64,000 nt of DNA from Deltaproteobacteria bacterium. GTDB taxonomy: Bacteria > Desulfobacterota > Desulfobacteria > Desulfobacterales > QNYZ01. Location: positions 2,220-66,219 of the forward strand of contig QNYZ01000037.1 in NCBI GenBank assembly GCA_003973265.1. Direction: 5' to 3'. Below the pieces are notes generated by a model, which saw only the letters and a list, made by a program, of their open reading frames with translations, was not told the DNA's origin and did no database searches. Of this stretch, positions 10,176 to 20,148 are shown piece by piece (position 1 is the first letter of the stretch; the number at the start of each line of letters is the position of its first letter). The position numbers and the translations under genes are program-made.

Positions 10176-11483
10176 TCAGGCAGAATCGCCGGGGTCGGGT
10201 GGGCGCTCGCTATTCAGATAAGCGATGGCGTCCCCGGCCACGTATAATGAACCGGCGACGACAATGGCATCTTCTTTTCCGCCGGTATCCATGGCATACT
10301 GAATAGCTGTTGCTACATCCGGCTGGATGACCGTGTCGGGTGCATATGCCCGCACAGCCTGTGCCAGTATTTCCGGTGCAAGTGCCCGCTCAGTGGACGA
10401 CGTCCGGGTAACAATCACCCGATCGGCCAGAGGGGCCAGGATGGCCATCATGGCGTCATAGGGCTTGTCGGCCAGGATACCGGTTACCAGGGTGATTTTT
10501 CGGTCCGCCAGCCGGGTGGAGAGATATGTTGCCAGTTTCCGGGCAGCGGCAAGGTTGTGCGCACCGTCTAAAATGATCAGCGGGTCCGTGGAAACCACCT
10601 CCAGCCGGGCCGGCCAGTGAACCTTTTTAAGGCCCTTGCGGACATGGTCTTCCGTGATGGAAAACCCTTTGGCGTTGAGTAGCTCGCAGGTGACCATCGC
10701 CAGGGCGACATTTTCCGGTTGGTGGTCTCCCACCAGGCTGGTGGTGATGTCCCGCCATGTGTGCGTCAATCCGTAATAGTTGAAGCGGTCGTTTTTAAAC
10801 CGCCGTATCCGGAAGGCACGGCCCAGTCGGTAGCAGGGTGTTGATTTGCGGGCGGCAGCCTTTTCAATCACGGCAATTGCACTTTTTTTGCGCACACCGG
10901 TCACCACCGGTGCGCCGGTTTTGATGATTCCGGCCTTTTCAGTGGCGATGGCGGCGATGGTATTGCCCAGATGCTGTCGATGTTCAATGGAAATATTGGA
11001 AATGATGGAAACCATCGGTTGAATAATGTTGGTGGCATCCATACGGCCGCCCATACCGGTTTCGATTACCGCGATATCGACCTTTTGCCTGGCAAACTCG
11101 AACATGGCCATGGCCATGGTGATTTCAAAGAAAGTGGCCTCGCGTGATCCCTTGTTGGCACGGTTGACGGCCAGATAGGCATCGACCATGTGGTCATTTT
11201 CAATTTCACGGCCGTTGATCCGGATCCGTTCGTTAAATCGGACCAGATGTGGCGACGTAAAGAGGCCCACGCGTAGCCCCGCCTGGCCCAATATGGACGA
11301 AAGGGATGCGGCAATGGAGCCTTTGCCGTTGGTTCCGGCGATATGAATAAATCGGAGCTGGTCCTGGGGATTTCCCAGTGCCTTGAGGATATCTCCGATG
11401 ATATCAAGGCCCAGCTTGATCCCAAAGCGCCGCAGGACGTACATGGCATCGAGACATTGGTCGTAGGTGATTTTTTGTGTCAT
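10176..11483 (-). CDS. folC: Folylpolyglutamate/dihydrofolate synthase
   Basis: HIAGTNGKGS, FTSPHL, ETGMGGRMDATN, LDGAHN, GSLY motifs. Confidence 0.96.
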   Translation of the reverse strand: MTQKITYDQCLDAMYVLRRFGIKLGLDIIGDILKALGNPQDQLRFIHIAGTNGKGSIAASLSSILGQAGLRVGLFTSPHLVRFNERIRINGREIENDHMVDAYLAVNRANKGSREATFFEITMAMAMFEFARQKVDIAVIETGMGGRMDATNIIQPMVSIISNISIEHRQHLGNTIAAIATEKAGIIKTGAPVVTGVRKKSAIAVIEKAAARKSTPCYRLGRAFRIRRFKNDRFNYYGLTHTWRDITTSLVGDHQPENVALAMVTCELLNAKGFSITEDHVRKGLKKVHWPARLEVVSTDPLIILDGAHNLAAARKLATYLSTRLADRKITLVTGILADKPYDAMMAILAPLADRVIVTRTSSTERALAPEILAQAVRAYAPDTVIQPDVATAIQYAMDTGGKEDAIVVAGSLYVAGDAIAYLNSERPPDPGDSA

Positions 11484-11530
11484 TGTCTAAAATCCCGGGG
11501 CTAAAAAATCGGGTCGAATAAAACAGATCT

Positions 11531-11573
11531 AAAAAAACCCGGCGAACTGAGATGCTGTTGCCGGGCTTTTTTA
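11531..11573. terminator. Bidirectional-type intrinsic terminator after rpsU
   Basis: A7-CCCGGC...GCCGGG-C-T6. Confidence 0.7.
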
Positions 11574-11617
11574 TCTACCGTTAGTTCTGAGCTGTCTTAA
11601 TCTGCTTATTTTTCTGG

Positions 11618-11830
11618 TTAATTTTGGAACCGCCTCTTTTTCTTTATTTCGGCAATACGTCTCCGGCGTTGGGCTTCACGCTGCTTGCGCCGTCTGTACT
11701 CACTCGGTTTTTCGTAGCTTTTTTTTAATTTTAAGCGCTTGAATAATCCGTCGTTCTGGATTTTCTTTTTTAATACGCGCATTGCCTTTTCAAGGTCATT
11801 ATCGAATACTTTGACCTCAATCTCTTTCAA
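11618..11830 (-). CDS. rpsU: 30S ribosomal protein bS21
   Basis: LEKAMRVLKKK...YEKPSEYRRRK pattern; TTG start. Confidence 0.93.
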   Translation of the reverse strand: MKEIEVKVFDNDLEKAMRVLKKKIQNDGLFKRLKLKKSYEKPSEYRRRKQREAQRRRRIAEIKKKRRFQN

Positions 11831-11964
11831 ATGCCTCGCCCCCTTCCCGCCACCGGCCTCAACTGCATGATAAAAATACCGATGGTTTATTTATTTTCTT
11901 CGTCTCACGGAGATGGAAATAATAATTGAACGCACTTTTCCATGAGAGTTAAATTGAATTTAGT

Positions 11965-11993
11965 AACATAAATCGGTTTGGATAATTTTTCAA
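11965..11993 (-). promoter_or_regulatory. Sigma70-like promoter for rpsU
   Basis: TTGAAA-N17-TATGTT. Confidence 0.45.
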
Positions 11994-12181
11994 GGTTAAT
12001 TTAATAAAAAAAGACCCCCGAATTTTGTCTCTTGCCTTTGCGGGTGACTGAAAATATACTGACCGGTAATTGAACGATGTGTCATGTTGAATAGGTAAGG
12101 GCGCTTGTCCTTAAAAAAAGCGTACCTGTTTCTTAATTTACCCTGATACAGATCTGACCTGTCTATTGTAGAGGAGGCGTG

Positions 12182-12895
12182 ATGACTGACAACGAAGAAT
12201 ACCTTTCCCGTCCGTACCGGATGGAAAGCCCCGACGAAGACACCCTGGTTGAAGATGACAACTTCGATAGAGAAACGGCCTACGAGGCCTGGGAAGAAGA
12301 GAGCCCGGCCGGTATCGTGGGGCTTTTACGCAGATACTGGATGTTCTTAGCGCTGCTGATTCTTGCCTTTCTTGGATTGATTCTAGTGTACAATGTCATG
12401 CGGCCTGCAAAAAATACCGTCAATTTGTCGCAGACCAAAGCCTTGGAATCACGGGTGGATGAACTTGAAAAGCGACTGGCCCGGTTTGAAGAAAAAATGG
12501 CCCGGCGCAATGATACCAGCGAACCCGGCGTTCAACCCGAAGTGGTTGACCGGCTTTCAGATCGGGTAGGTCGCCTCGAAAGCTCTTTCAAAACCTGGAT
12601 GGAAAAGGTGAAGGCAAAATTGGAGGTAACGCCCCCGAAACCTGCTGCCCGGAAAATCACCCGGACAACACCCAAAAAAACGGTTGTTGTGAAAAAAAAG
12701 GAAAAGCAGGCACCGGTAAAGATAAAGAAAGCCGCCACGGCCAATACGGGTGTACAGTATCATACGGTGCAGCCGGGAGAGACGCTTTTTCGGATCAGCC
12801 TGCGTTACGGTTTACCTGTAAAGCAAATAAAAAAAATCAACCGGCTTTCGGGAAATACCATCAAGCCCGGCCAGAAGCTGCAGGTATCCCCCTAA
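12182..12895 (+). CDS. Membrane-anchored LysM-domain protein
   Basis: Acidic N-terminus, single TM, coiled coil, basic linker, C-terminal LysM (YHTVQPGETLFRIS...IKPGQKL); GAGGAGG SD. Confidence 0.88.
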   Translation: MTDNEEYLSRPYRMESPDEDTLVEDDNFDRETAYEAWEEESPAGIVGLLRRYWMFLALLILAFLGLILVYNVMRPAKNTVNLSQTKALESRVDELEKRLARFEEKMARRNDTSEPGVQPEVVDRLSDRVGRLESSFKTWMEKVKAKLEVTPPKPAARKITRTTPKKTVVVKKKEKQAPVKIKKAATANTGVQYHTVQPGETLFRISLRYGLPVKQIKKINRLSGNTIKPGQKLQVSP

Positions 12896-15108
12896 GCCGG
12901 GGATTCGTCGGGAGGTGTATCCTTTTTAAGGATATGACGGGGCAGGGGGGATGAATCGGCTGTTGATGAACGGACAAACTGTCCGATGGCCCGGTGAACC
13001 CGGGGTGAACCCTGACCGCGGATGATGCCATGCCGGTCAAAATGAAAGAGCATATACTGCTTGTTATCCAGCGCGAGGCTGTCAAAGAACTGCCTGGCAC
13101 CTTTTTCATCGACAACCGGATCTTGATCTGCCAGCACCAGGAGAACCGGCGAATTAATGGCCGGTGCGGATTCCATGACCTGATCCATTAATTTCTCGAG
13201 CTCGGAAACGCCGGAAACCGGGTTGCGAACGTAATTGATATCCGGATTCTCGGGGTTATTTTCCACAAACTGCCTGGCCATTTTCGGGCGAACCCGGCTG
13301 ATGATGCGGTTCCACATATCCATGGCCGGGGCCAGGCGGGCAGTGGCCGAATGCAGTTTGAACGGTGGACAGACGGCAAATACCGCAGTGATATCCGGAA
13401 TCCGCGCGGCCAGGTCCAGGGCCAGGCCCGCCCCGTTGGAAAACCCGCCGGCAATGGTTTTTCGGCACGACAGGCTGATAATGGCGTAGCCCAGGTCGGC
13501 ACTTTCCATCCAGTCCTGCCGGGATCGCAGGCTGAGGTCTTCAGGGCTGGTACCGTGGCCCTTCACCCGGGGGGCATAGACCCACCATCCCTGCCGGTTG
13601 AGATATCGGGCCAGCTCTGCTACTTCCATGGGTGCGGCCATGTACCCGTGAATCAATACGATACCGGTTTTCCGGGCGCGTCCCCGTAGCAGGAACGGGG
13701 CACCCACCTGCCTGGGCCTGGATTCCCCTTCAATATAAAAAGACTGGTAGTCCCGGTCAAAATCACGTTCTCCCAGCTCGATCAGAAATCGCCGGGCCCG
13801 GTGTTTGATCCACAGGCCGGGCAGCCGCGCCAGGGTCCGCAGTTGTTTTTGAAGCCCGGTCATCGGTTCGATTTCATTGATCATGATCTTAACCGGGTTT
13901 TCCACCCGCACCCGGTGAAAGTCAGACAGCAAGGTCAGTTTTGACTGATCCTTGATGAAATGGTCACCGTCCGGTTTGATGATGCCTTTTTCAACGGCCA
14001 GTCCCTTGAAATGGCCAAACCAGTGGTGGCGGTCATCCGTCAAAAGGTGCAGGGGCGGTCTGTCCATGTCGTGGTGAAAAAACAGGTCCGGGGGCGCCTT
14101 CTTCTCTGCCATGGCCAGAAAAGCACGTCGTTTGAGATCGACCGGGCTGAACCGTTTGCGTGGCAGGTATTTTAAGATCGTGGCAAATATATGCTCGGGG
14201 TTCACGGTGGTCATACGGTAGATGGCGCGCATATACCGGTTGGTTAAATCCCTTGCGATATTGCGCATCATGGGAGTGGATGGCAGCACCTCGTCGAAAC
14301 CGATGTTGCGCGGGTTGTTGATATCATTGCGGATAACCGGGTGATCTAAAAGCGGAGATACCCGGATCGGTTTGCCGAAACGGATGTCGATATCCATCCG
14401 GGACAATAAGATAGTCCCCTCGGCCATGAGCTCTTCTTCCATCCGGTCGGTAACGTTGTCGAGGAAGCGATCGGCCAGATAAGTCAGCAGGTTCTCCCTG
14501 GCCCGGAGCGGATAGTAGGTAATATTAACGGGAACGATAGAGGTATCGGTTTCAAAGATCGGGTCGGGTTGATCGACTTGAAACAGATCCATCAGGCGTT
14601 TTGATTCTGCCGGGTGATCTGTATACATTTTTTTAAGGCGCTGGCGGTAAAATTCCGTGCGAAGCGCCAGGGAAGCGGCACCCGTATGGGGGGGGTGCTT
14701 TTTCCCGTCAAAGGTGATCAGGTATTCACCCTTGTCGAATACTTTCTTGTTTTTTACCATCCGGCCTTCGGGGTAGATGATCCATGATGCTTCCCCGGTC
14801 AAAAGACTTTTAACGATGAGGCGGTCCCGGTCCGGGTTGTGGGTGGAAATGGCGCCCACTTTATCGAGGAGGGCGCCCAGAGAGGAGTTATACAGCTCAG
14901 CGGCGGCCAGGGACCAGACCGGCTTGTCTGAAAGCTGGAAAGCGTTATAGGTCAGGATAAGGGTTTCCAGGCGTGTAAAATGATTTGCCACGAAAATAAC
15001 GGACCCATCCGGGACATTCTCCCGGCCATGGACATGAATGGCCGCCTTGGACAGTGCCGTAATAGTCCGAATGGCCAGACCCGTGGTCTGGTAGGCAAAA
15101 CGATTCAT
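12892..15108 (-). CDS. Fusion of PlsC/PlsB-like acyltransferase and alpha/beta hydrolase
   Basis: N-terminal NHFTRLE and YPEGR motifs; C-terminal LIHGY, GFSNG nucleophile elbow, DPVV Asp and RHG His. Confidence 0.85.
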   Translation of the reverse strand: MNRFAYQTTGLAIRTITALSKAAIHVHGRENVPDGSVIFVANHFTRLETLILTYNAFQLSDKPVWSLAAAELYNSSLGALLDKVGAISTHNPDRDRLIVKSLLTGEASWIIYPEGRMVKNKKVFDKGEYLITFDGKKHPPHTGAASLALRTEFYRQRLKKMYTDHPAESKRLMDLFQVDQPDPIFETDTSIVPVNITYYPLRARENLLTYLADRFLDNVTDRMEEELMAEGTILLSRMDIDIRFGKPIRVSPLLDHPVIRNDINNPRNIGFDEVLPSTPMMRNIARDLTNRYMRAIYRMTTVNPEHIFATILKYLPRKRFSPVDLKRRAFLAMAEKKAPPDLFFHHDMDRPPLHLLTDDRHHWFGHFKGLAVEKGIIKPDGDHFIKDQSKLTLLSDFHRVRVENPVKIMINEIEPMTGLQKQLRTLARLPGLWIKHRARRFLIELGERDFDRDYQSFYIEGESRPRQVGAPFLLRGRARKTGIVLIHGYMAAPMEVAELARYLNRQGWWVYAPRVKGHGTSPEDLSLRSRQDWMESADLGYAIISLSCRKTIAGGFSNGAGLALDLAARIPDITAVFAVCPPFKLHSATARLAPAMDMWNRIISRVRPKMARQFVENNPENPDINYVRNPVSGVSELEKLMDQVMESAPAINSPVLLVLADQDPVVDEKGARQFFDSLALDNKQYMLFHFDRHGIIRGQGSPRVHRAIGQFVRSSTADSSPLPRHILKKDTPPDESPA

Positions 15109-15126
15109 AATATCCTTGTGCCGCAG

Positions 15127-15155
15127 TTGACATAAATACCGGTGACCCTTAGAAT
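15127..15155 (+). promoter_or_regulatory. Sigma70 promoter for the NIL-ferredoxin/mnmA/mtaB run
   Basis: TTGACA-N17-TAGAAT. Confidence 0.7.
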
Positions 15156-15217
15156 ATCTGTTTCGTGATCAAAAGAAAAGAGTTTTCGGAAAATTTAAGG
15201 ATTTTCGGAGGGGCAGG

Positions 15218-15646
15218 GTGTATTCAAAAATATTAATGTTACGGTTTCCCCAGAAAGAAGTACAGCAGCCGATTGTCTGTCATCTGGCCAAGGATTTTGA
15301 CCTGGTGTTCAATATCTTAAATGCCCGCATTCTTCACCGTCGGGAAGGGGTCATGGTGATGGAGCTTTCCGGGACGAAAAAGCATTTTAAAGATGGTGTC
15401 CGGTTCCTCAAGGAACAGGGGGTCCGGGTCCAGAATGCGTCTCAGGAGGTGAGCCGGAATGATGAAAAATGTACCCATTGCGGTGCCTGTACGGCTGTTT
15501 GTCCCACGGGTGCATTGTGGGTCCGCCGGCCGGACATGTCGGTGACCTTCGAACAGGAAAAATGCAGTGTCTGTGAGCTTTGCGTGACGGCCTGCCCGGT
15601 GCGGGCCATGGACGTCACTCCTTCGAATCGAACGTTTTCGAAATGA
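15218..15646 (+). CDS. NIL domain - 2x[4Fe-4S] ferredoxin protein
   Basis: FNILNA within an ACT-like NIL domain; two CxxCxxCxxxCP motifs. Confidence 0.9.
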   Translation: MYSKILMLRFPQKEVQQPIVCHLAKDFDLVFNILNARILHRREGVMVMELSGTKKHFKDGVRFLKEQGVRVQNASQEVSRNDEKCTHCGACTAVCPTGALWVRRPDMSVTFEQEKCSVCELCVTACPVRAMDVTPSNRTFSK

Positions 15647-16755
15647 AACCGACCGTCGCCGTTGCGATCAGCGGCGGAGTGGATTCCCTGACAGCCGCCT
15701 GGCTGCTGAAAGAACAGGGCTATCCGGTTATCGGCGTCCATTTTATTACCGGCTACGAGGCTGGACCGCACGCCGGGCAGGGTATCGGGCAGGAATCTGG
15801 TTCTCCGGATTCGAGGGTGGATGCCGCCCGTCGGATGCTGCGTCCGGTTGCCGATCGCCTGCGGATTTCCATAGAGATACTCGACGGCGCCGAATGCTTC
15901 CAGGCCGAGGTTGTTGATTATTTTGTCAACGCCTACCGGACCGGACAGACGCCGAGTCCCTGCCTGGTCTGTAACCCCGCTCTCAAATTCGGCGAGCTCT
16001 TCCGATTTTCCAGAAAACTGGGCGCCCGGCAACTGGCTACCGGCCACTACGCCCGGGTTGAGCGGGAAACAGACGGGCGTGTCCACCTCTATCGGGGGCT
16101 TGATCCGGCTAAGGATCAGTCGTATTTCCTGGCCCGGCTTTCCCGGAAACAACTGGGTCGGTCCCTGTTTCCCCTTGGGGAAATGACCAAATCAGATGTG
16201 GTCGCGCTGGCCCGGAAAAACAACCTGTTTCCGGTCACTGAAGGGGAAAGCCAGGATATCTGTTTTATCGATAACGGCGGATATGGAAAATTTCTGGCCG
16301 GCCAGGCCGGATTTACACCCCGTCCCGGTCCAATCGTTAACATGGATGGCGATGTTATCGGTCAACACCGGGGTCTCCATCTGTTCACGATCGGCCAGCG
16401 CCGGGGGATCAATTGCCCGGCCCCTTCCCCTTACTACGTGATCCGGCTGGATACGGATGAAAACTGCCTGGTGGTGGGGCCGCGGAAAGCACTTTTTTCA
16501 TCAGGCTGCCGGGTGTCGGAAATCAACTGGATCGGTCCGCCACCCGCATCATCAATACCGGTATCGGTTAAGATCAGGTATCGGCACCCGGCCGTCCCGG
16601 CCACGATAGTACCCACGGCGAATGACGCGGCGGTTGTATGTTTTGGTCAGCCCCAGGAGGCGGTCACGCCCGGCCAGGGGGCTGTTTTTTACCGGGGCGA
16701 CGAAGTGCTGGGCGGTGGCTGGATTATCGGTGAAGAGACGGGCAATCCCACATAA
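15643..16755 (+). CDS. mnmA: tRNA 2-thiouridine(34) synthase
   Basis: SGGVDS PP-loop, PCLVCN, ATGHY, KDQSYFL, SQDICF, TIGQRRG, TPGQ; ATGA overlap with the upstream gene. Confidence 0.96.
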   Translation: MKPTVAVAISGGVDSLTAAWLLKEQGYPVIGVHFITGYEAGPHAGQGIGQESGSPDSRVDAARRMLRPVADRLRISIEILDGAECFQAEVVDYFVNAYRTGQTPSPCLVCNPALKFGELFRFSRKLGARQLATGHYARVERETDGRVHLYRGLDPAKDQSYFLARLSRKQLGRSLFPLGEMTKSDVVALARKNNLFPVTEGESQDICFIDNGGYGKFLAGQAGFTPRPGPIVNMDGDVIGQHRGLHLFTIGQRRGINCPAPSPYYVIRLDTDENCLVVGPRKALFSSGCRVSEINWIGPPPASSIPVSVKIRYRHPAVPATIVPTANDAAVVCFGQPQEAVTPGQGAVFYRGDEVLGGGWIIGEETGNPT

Positions 16756-16849
16756 ACCCGGTTGCAGATTCCGGCCAGTGTGTCCGCCAGATGGCGAACA
16801 TCAGACATCTTTTTCCGTTGGGATTCCACGTAATAAAAAAGGTTTAAAA

Positions 16850-18160
16850 GTGGCAAATAGATTTAAAATTATAACACTCGGCTGCAAGGTCAACCAGTGC
16901 GAATCGGAGTCTTTGGAAAGACAGTTGGCGGAAAGGGGCGAGCGGCCCACCGGGCAGGATGAGGCGGCGGATTTGTGTATTATCAATACCTGCACTGTTA
17001 CGGCCAAGGCAGCTTCGCAATCCCGACAGGCAGTACGGCGGGCAATCCGTGACAACCCGGATGCACAAATTGTTGTCACCGGCTGCCATGCCCAGACCGA
17101 TCCGGAAGCATTTGAGAAAATCAATGGAGTGAACCAGGTGGTTGGATACCGCGCCAAGGGGCACCTGCCGGAGATGCTGAGGCCTTCATCTACCGGCATC
17201 GTTGACCGGGATGTTCTGGATGGCCGGTTTTCGCCGCTGGTCATCGGCGTGGGCAATGATCGGACCCGGCCGTTTTTGAAGATTCAGGATGGTTGTGATG
17301 CGTTTTGTACCTATTGCATTGTCCCGTATGCCAGGGGGCGCAGCCGGAGCATGCCGCTGAAAATGGTTCTGGCAAACCTGATGGAGCTGAAAGCATCCGG
17401 GTATCACGAGACTGTTCTGACGGGGATCCATCTCGGCGCATACGGGCAGGACCAGGTTCCTCCCGTGGGATTGAATGCGCTCCTTGGGAAAATTGAAGCA
17501 TCCCGTGCGCCGGACCGGATTCGGCTCAGTTCCATCGAACCCTGCGAGTTGACCGATGGGCTCATCGATCAGGTGGCCGGAAACGAGATGTTCTGCCGGC
17601 ATTTTCATATACCGCTCCAAAGCGGGGATGACGGGATTCTCAGCCGGATGCGACGGCCATATACGGCCGGATTTTTTAAAGAGCGGGTGCTGAAAATTAT
17701 TGAGCGAATGCCGGATGCGGCCATCGGCATAGATACGCTGGTCGGGTTTCCCGGTGAAACCGCACAGGCATTTGAAAATACCCTCGCCATGATTGATGAC
17801 CTGCCGGTGGCGTACCTTCACGTGTTTCCCTTCTCGGCCCGTCCGGGAACCCCGGCAGCCCACTATCCGGATCAGGTGTCACCCGAGGTTGTCAAGGTGC
17901 GCTGTCAGCGGATGCGGACGCTCGGCCTGCAGAAAAGATCGGGATTTTACCGCCGGCATTTAGACAGGACCCTGACGGTTTTGATAGAAAATAGACGTGA
18001 TCGGATCACGGGATGGCTCAAAGGGGTTACCTCCAATTATGTAGCGGTGCAGGTAGATGGCGACGATGCGCTTATGAACCGTCTGGTCCGGGTGCGCATC
18101 AACCGGGTAGACGAAGAGAACCGGGTGACAGCAACGGTGGTTGATACCGGATCGGGTTGA
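16850..18160 (+). CDS. mtaB: tRNA t6A37 methylthiotransferase (radical SAM)
   Basis: TLGCKVNQ, NTCTVT, VTGC, KIQDGCDAFCTYC, HVFPFSARPGT; GTG start at 16850 inferred. Confidence 0.92.
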   Translation: MANRFKIITLGCKVNQCESESLERQLAERGERPTGQDEAADLCIINTCTVTAKAASQSRQAVRRAIRDNPDAQIVVTGCHAQTDPEAFEKINGVNQVVGYRAKGHLPEMLRPSSTGIVDRDVLDGRFSPLVIGVGNDRTRPFLKIQDGCDAFCTYCIVPYARGRSRSMPLKMVLANLMELKASGYHETVLTGIHLGAYGQDQVPPVGLNALLGKIEASRAPDRIRLSSIEPCELTDGLIDQVAGNEMFCRHFHIPLQSGDDGILSRMRRPYTAGFFKERVLKIIERMPDAAIGIDTLVGFPGETAQAFENTLAMIDDLPVAYLHVFPFSARPGTPAAHYPDQVSPEVVKVRCQRMRTLGLQKRSGFYRRHLDRTLTVLIENRRDRITGWLKGVTSNYVAVQVDGDDALMNRLVRVRINRVDEENRVTATVVDTGSG

Positions 18161-18381
18161 CTTTATTGGGGTTGTATTTCTCGCCGCTTGTGGCGCTAAA
18201 GACGGGGAAAATACTTCAAGCAATACCCATCCGCTGGCGGCGGGGTTCTTTATTTCAGCTAATATTTGACTATCCTGGTAATTTTATTTAATTTAGACCT
18301 TTCAGGCAGAGTCAGGCCGTCTTTTAGGCAGGTAAATCATCGGTACCGGATACAGGATAATCATTTCAGAGGCCGTGCAGC

Positions 18382-20148
18382 ATGTATAAAGCATTTTTCG
18401 GATTTAGTGAAAGGCCGTTTAAACTGGTTCCGGATCCGGCCTATTTTTTTCTTGGCCCCAGCCATGAAGAAGCGCTGGCGCATCTGGAATTTGCCGTCAG
18501 GCAGGGGGAGGGCTTTACCCTGATTACCGGTGAAGTGGGAACGGGCAAAACCACCCTGTGCCGCCGGTTTCTTGAAAACCTGGATGAAAATACCGAGGTG
18601 GCCTATATCTTCAACCCGGTTCTCGGGGTTGTCGAGCTATTACAATCCATCAACGAAGAATACGGAATTTCTGCTGCTGCCCAATCTCCCCGGGAGTTAA
18701 TCAACCGGCTCAATACCTTTTTGCTGGATATGAAAGCCAAAAAACATCGGGTGATTCTCGTCATCGACGAGGCCCAGAACCTTTCCGCCGATGTGCTCGA
18801 GCAGCTCCGACTCTTGTCCAATCTGGAGACCACACGATCCAAGCTGCTCCAGATTATTCTGGTGGGGCAACCCGAGCTGAACGATCTGCTCAGCTCGTAT
18901 CATCTGCGGCAGCTTGGCCAGCGGATATCTCTCAGTTGCCGTTTACTCCCGCTTACCCGCCGCGAAACCCAGCGGTATATCGCCCATCGGGTTTCCATTG
19001 CCGCCAACCGGCCGGAGGCCGTTTTTTCTCCAGCCGCCGCGCGGGAAATTCACGCATATTCCGGGGGCATCCCTCGATTAATCAATACGGCCTGCGATCG
19101 ATCCCTGCTGGCCGCTTTCAGTAGCAATGAGCACCATGTGTCGGCAAAGACAGCACGCCAGGCAGTGAAGGAATTACGAAACAATCAAGACCGGCGTCCT
19201 TTTCCGGGGCGATTCAAGCTGCAGTGGGCATGGATGCTTCTATCCGTCGGTATCCTTGCCCTGATCGGTCTCTTTGTGATACCGAAGATGAAGGCGGTTG
19301 GCCCGGACGTGGTTTTTTCTACTAATAGCCGGCCAGCCGCCAGACAAGATAAAGCACCCGTGGGCAGACACCCGGCGGGTTTCACCCGGTCAGACGAAAA
19401 AAAACTGCCCGATGCGGCGGCGGCAGCTGCATCCGTCTCCGACCCTGGTCTGTCTCCGGATCACGTAAAAGGCGGCGGGGGCCTGGCAGCCGGCGAACTG
19501 AAGCAATGGCTGCTGACCGGCCAAGCGGAAAAATCGCGGCGGGATGCCATGCTGACTGTGTTACGGTTATGGGGGGTCAAAGCGGGCATGGAGGGGGACA
19601 CTCCCGCTTCCCGTGACGATTTCAGATATTTTCGACAGGTGGCCGGAAACCACGGGATGAAGATTTACCGGACCACGGCTGGCCTGCCCCGGGTGTTGCA
19701 AATGGACCTTCCGGCAATACTGGCGTTTGATTCAGATGGCAGTTTCCGGTACCGGGTGCTGAGCCGCCGGGATGGGCAGGCCTTTGTTTTGACGGATGGT
19801 GACCGGCATATTTCTGTCTCGGCCGATGAATTGTTGAGTAGCGGATGGAAATGGTCGTATATTCCATGGAAGGATTTTGCGGGAATTGTCGGTACGATTC
19901 CACGCAATGCAACGGCCGAAACCATTTTGACATTTAAAATGCTGCTGAGGAAAATGGGGTTTACCGAGGTCCCCTTGACTGCTGAATACGAAGATTTGAC
20001 CCGGAGGATCGTCGAAAAAATACAGGCGGACAATGGACTCTATATCGACGGGGTAGTGGGACCCGCCACAAAAATTGTTATCTATAACAAGCTGACACGG
20101 TATCGGGTGCCACGTATCAGCTCCCGTGGCAGTCGAAAGGCAAATTGA
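18382..20148 (+). CDS. ExeA/GspA-type AAA ATPase with TM and C-terminal peptidoglycan-binding domain
   Basis: MYKAFFGFSERPF, GEVGTGKT, IDEAQNL, LVGQPEL, SGGIPRLIN, DGVVGPAT. Confidence 0.92.
   Translation: MYKAFFGFSERPFKLVPDPAYFFLGPSHEEALAHLEFAVRQGEGFTLITGEVGTGKTTLCRRFLENLDENTEVAYIFNPVLGVVELLQSINEEYGISAAAQSPRELINRLNTFLLDMKAKKHRVILVIDEAQNLSADVLEQLRLLSNLETTRSKLLQIILVGQPELNDLLSSYHLRQLGQRISLSCRLLPLTRRETQRYIAHRVSIAANRPEAVFSPAAAREIHAYSGGIPRLINTACDRSLLAAFSSNEHHVSAKTARQAVKELRNNQDRRPFPGRFKLQWAWMLLSVGILALIGLFVIPKMKAVGPDVVFSTNSRPAARQDKAPVGRHPAGFTRSDEKKLPDAAAAAASVSDPGLSPDHVKGGGGLAAGELKQWLLTGQAEKSRRDAMLTVLRLWGVKAGMEGDTPASRDDFRYFRQVAGNHGMKIYRTTAGLPRVLQMDLPAILAFDSDGSFRYRVLSRRDGQAFVLTDGDRHISVSADELLSSGWKWSYIPWKDFAGIVGTIPRNATAETILTFKMLLRKMGFTEVPLTAEYEDLTRRIVEKIQADNGLYIDGVVGPATKIVIYNKLTRYRVPRISSRGSRKAN

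Noticed and set aside
15580-16849. N-terminal extensions of mnmA (from 15580) and mtaB (from 16622) in the ORF track
   Set aside because: They overlap upstream genes; recognisable homology starts at 15643 and 16850.
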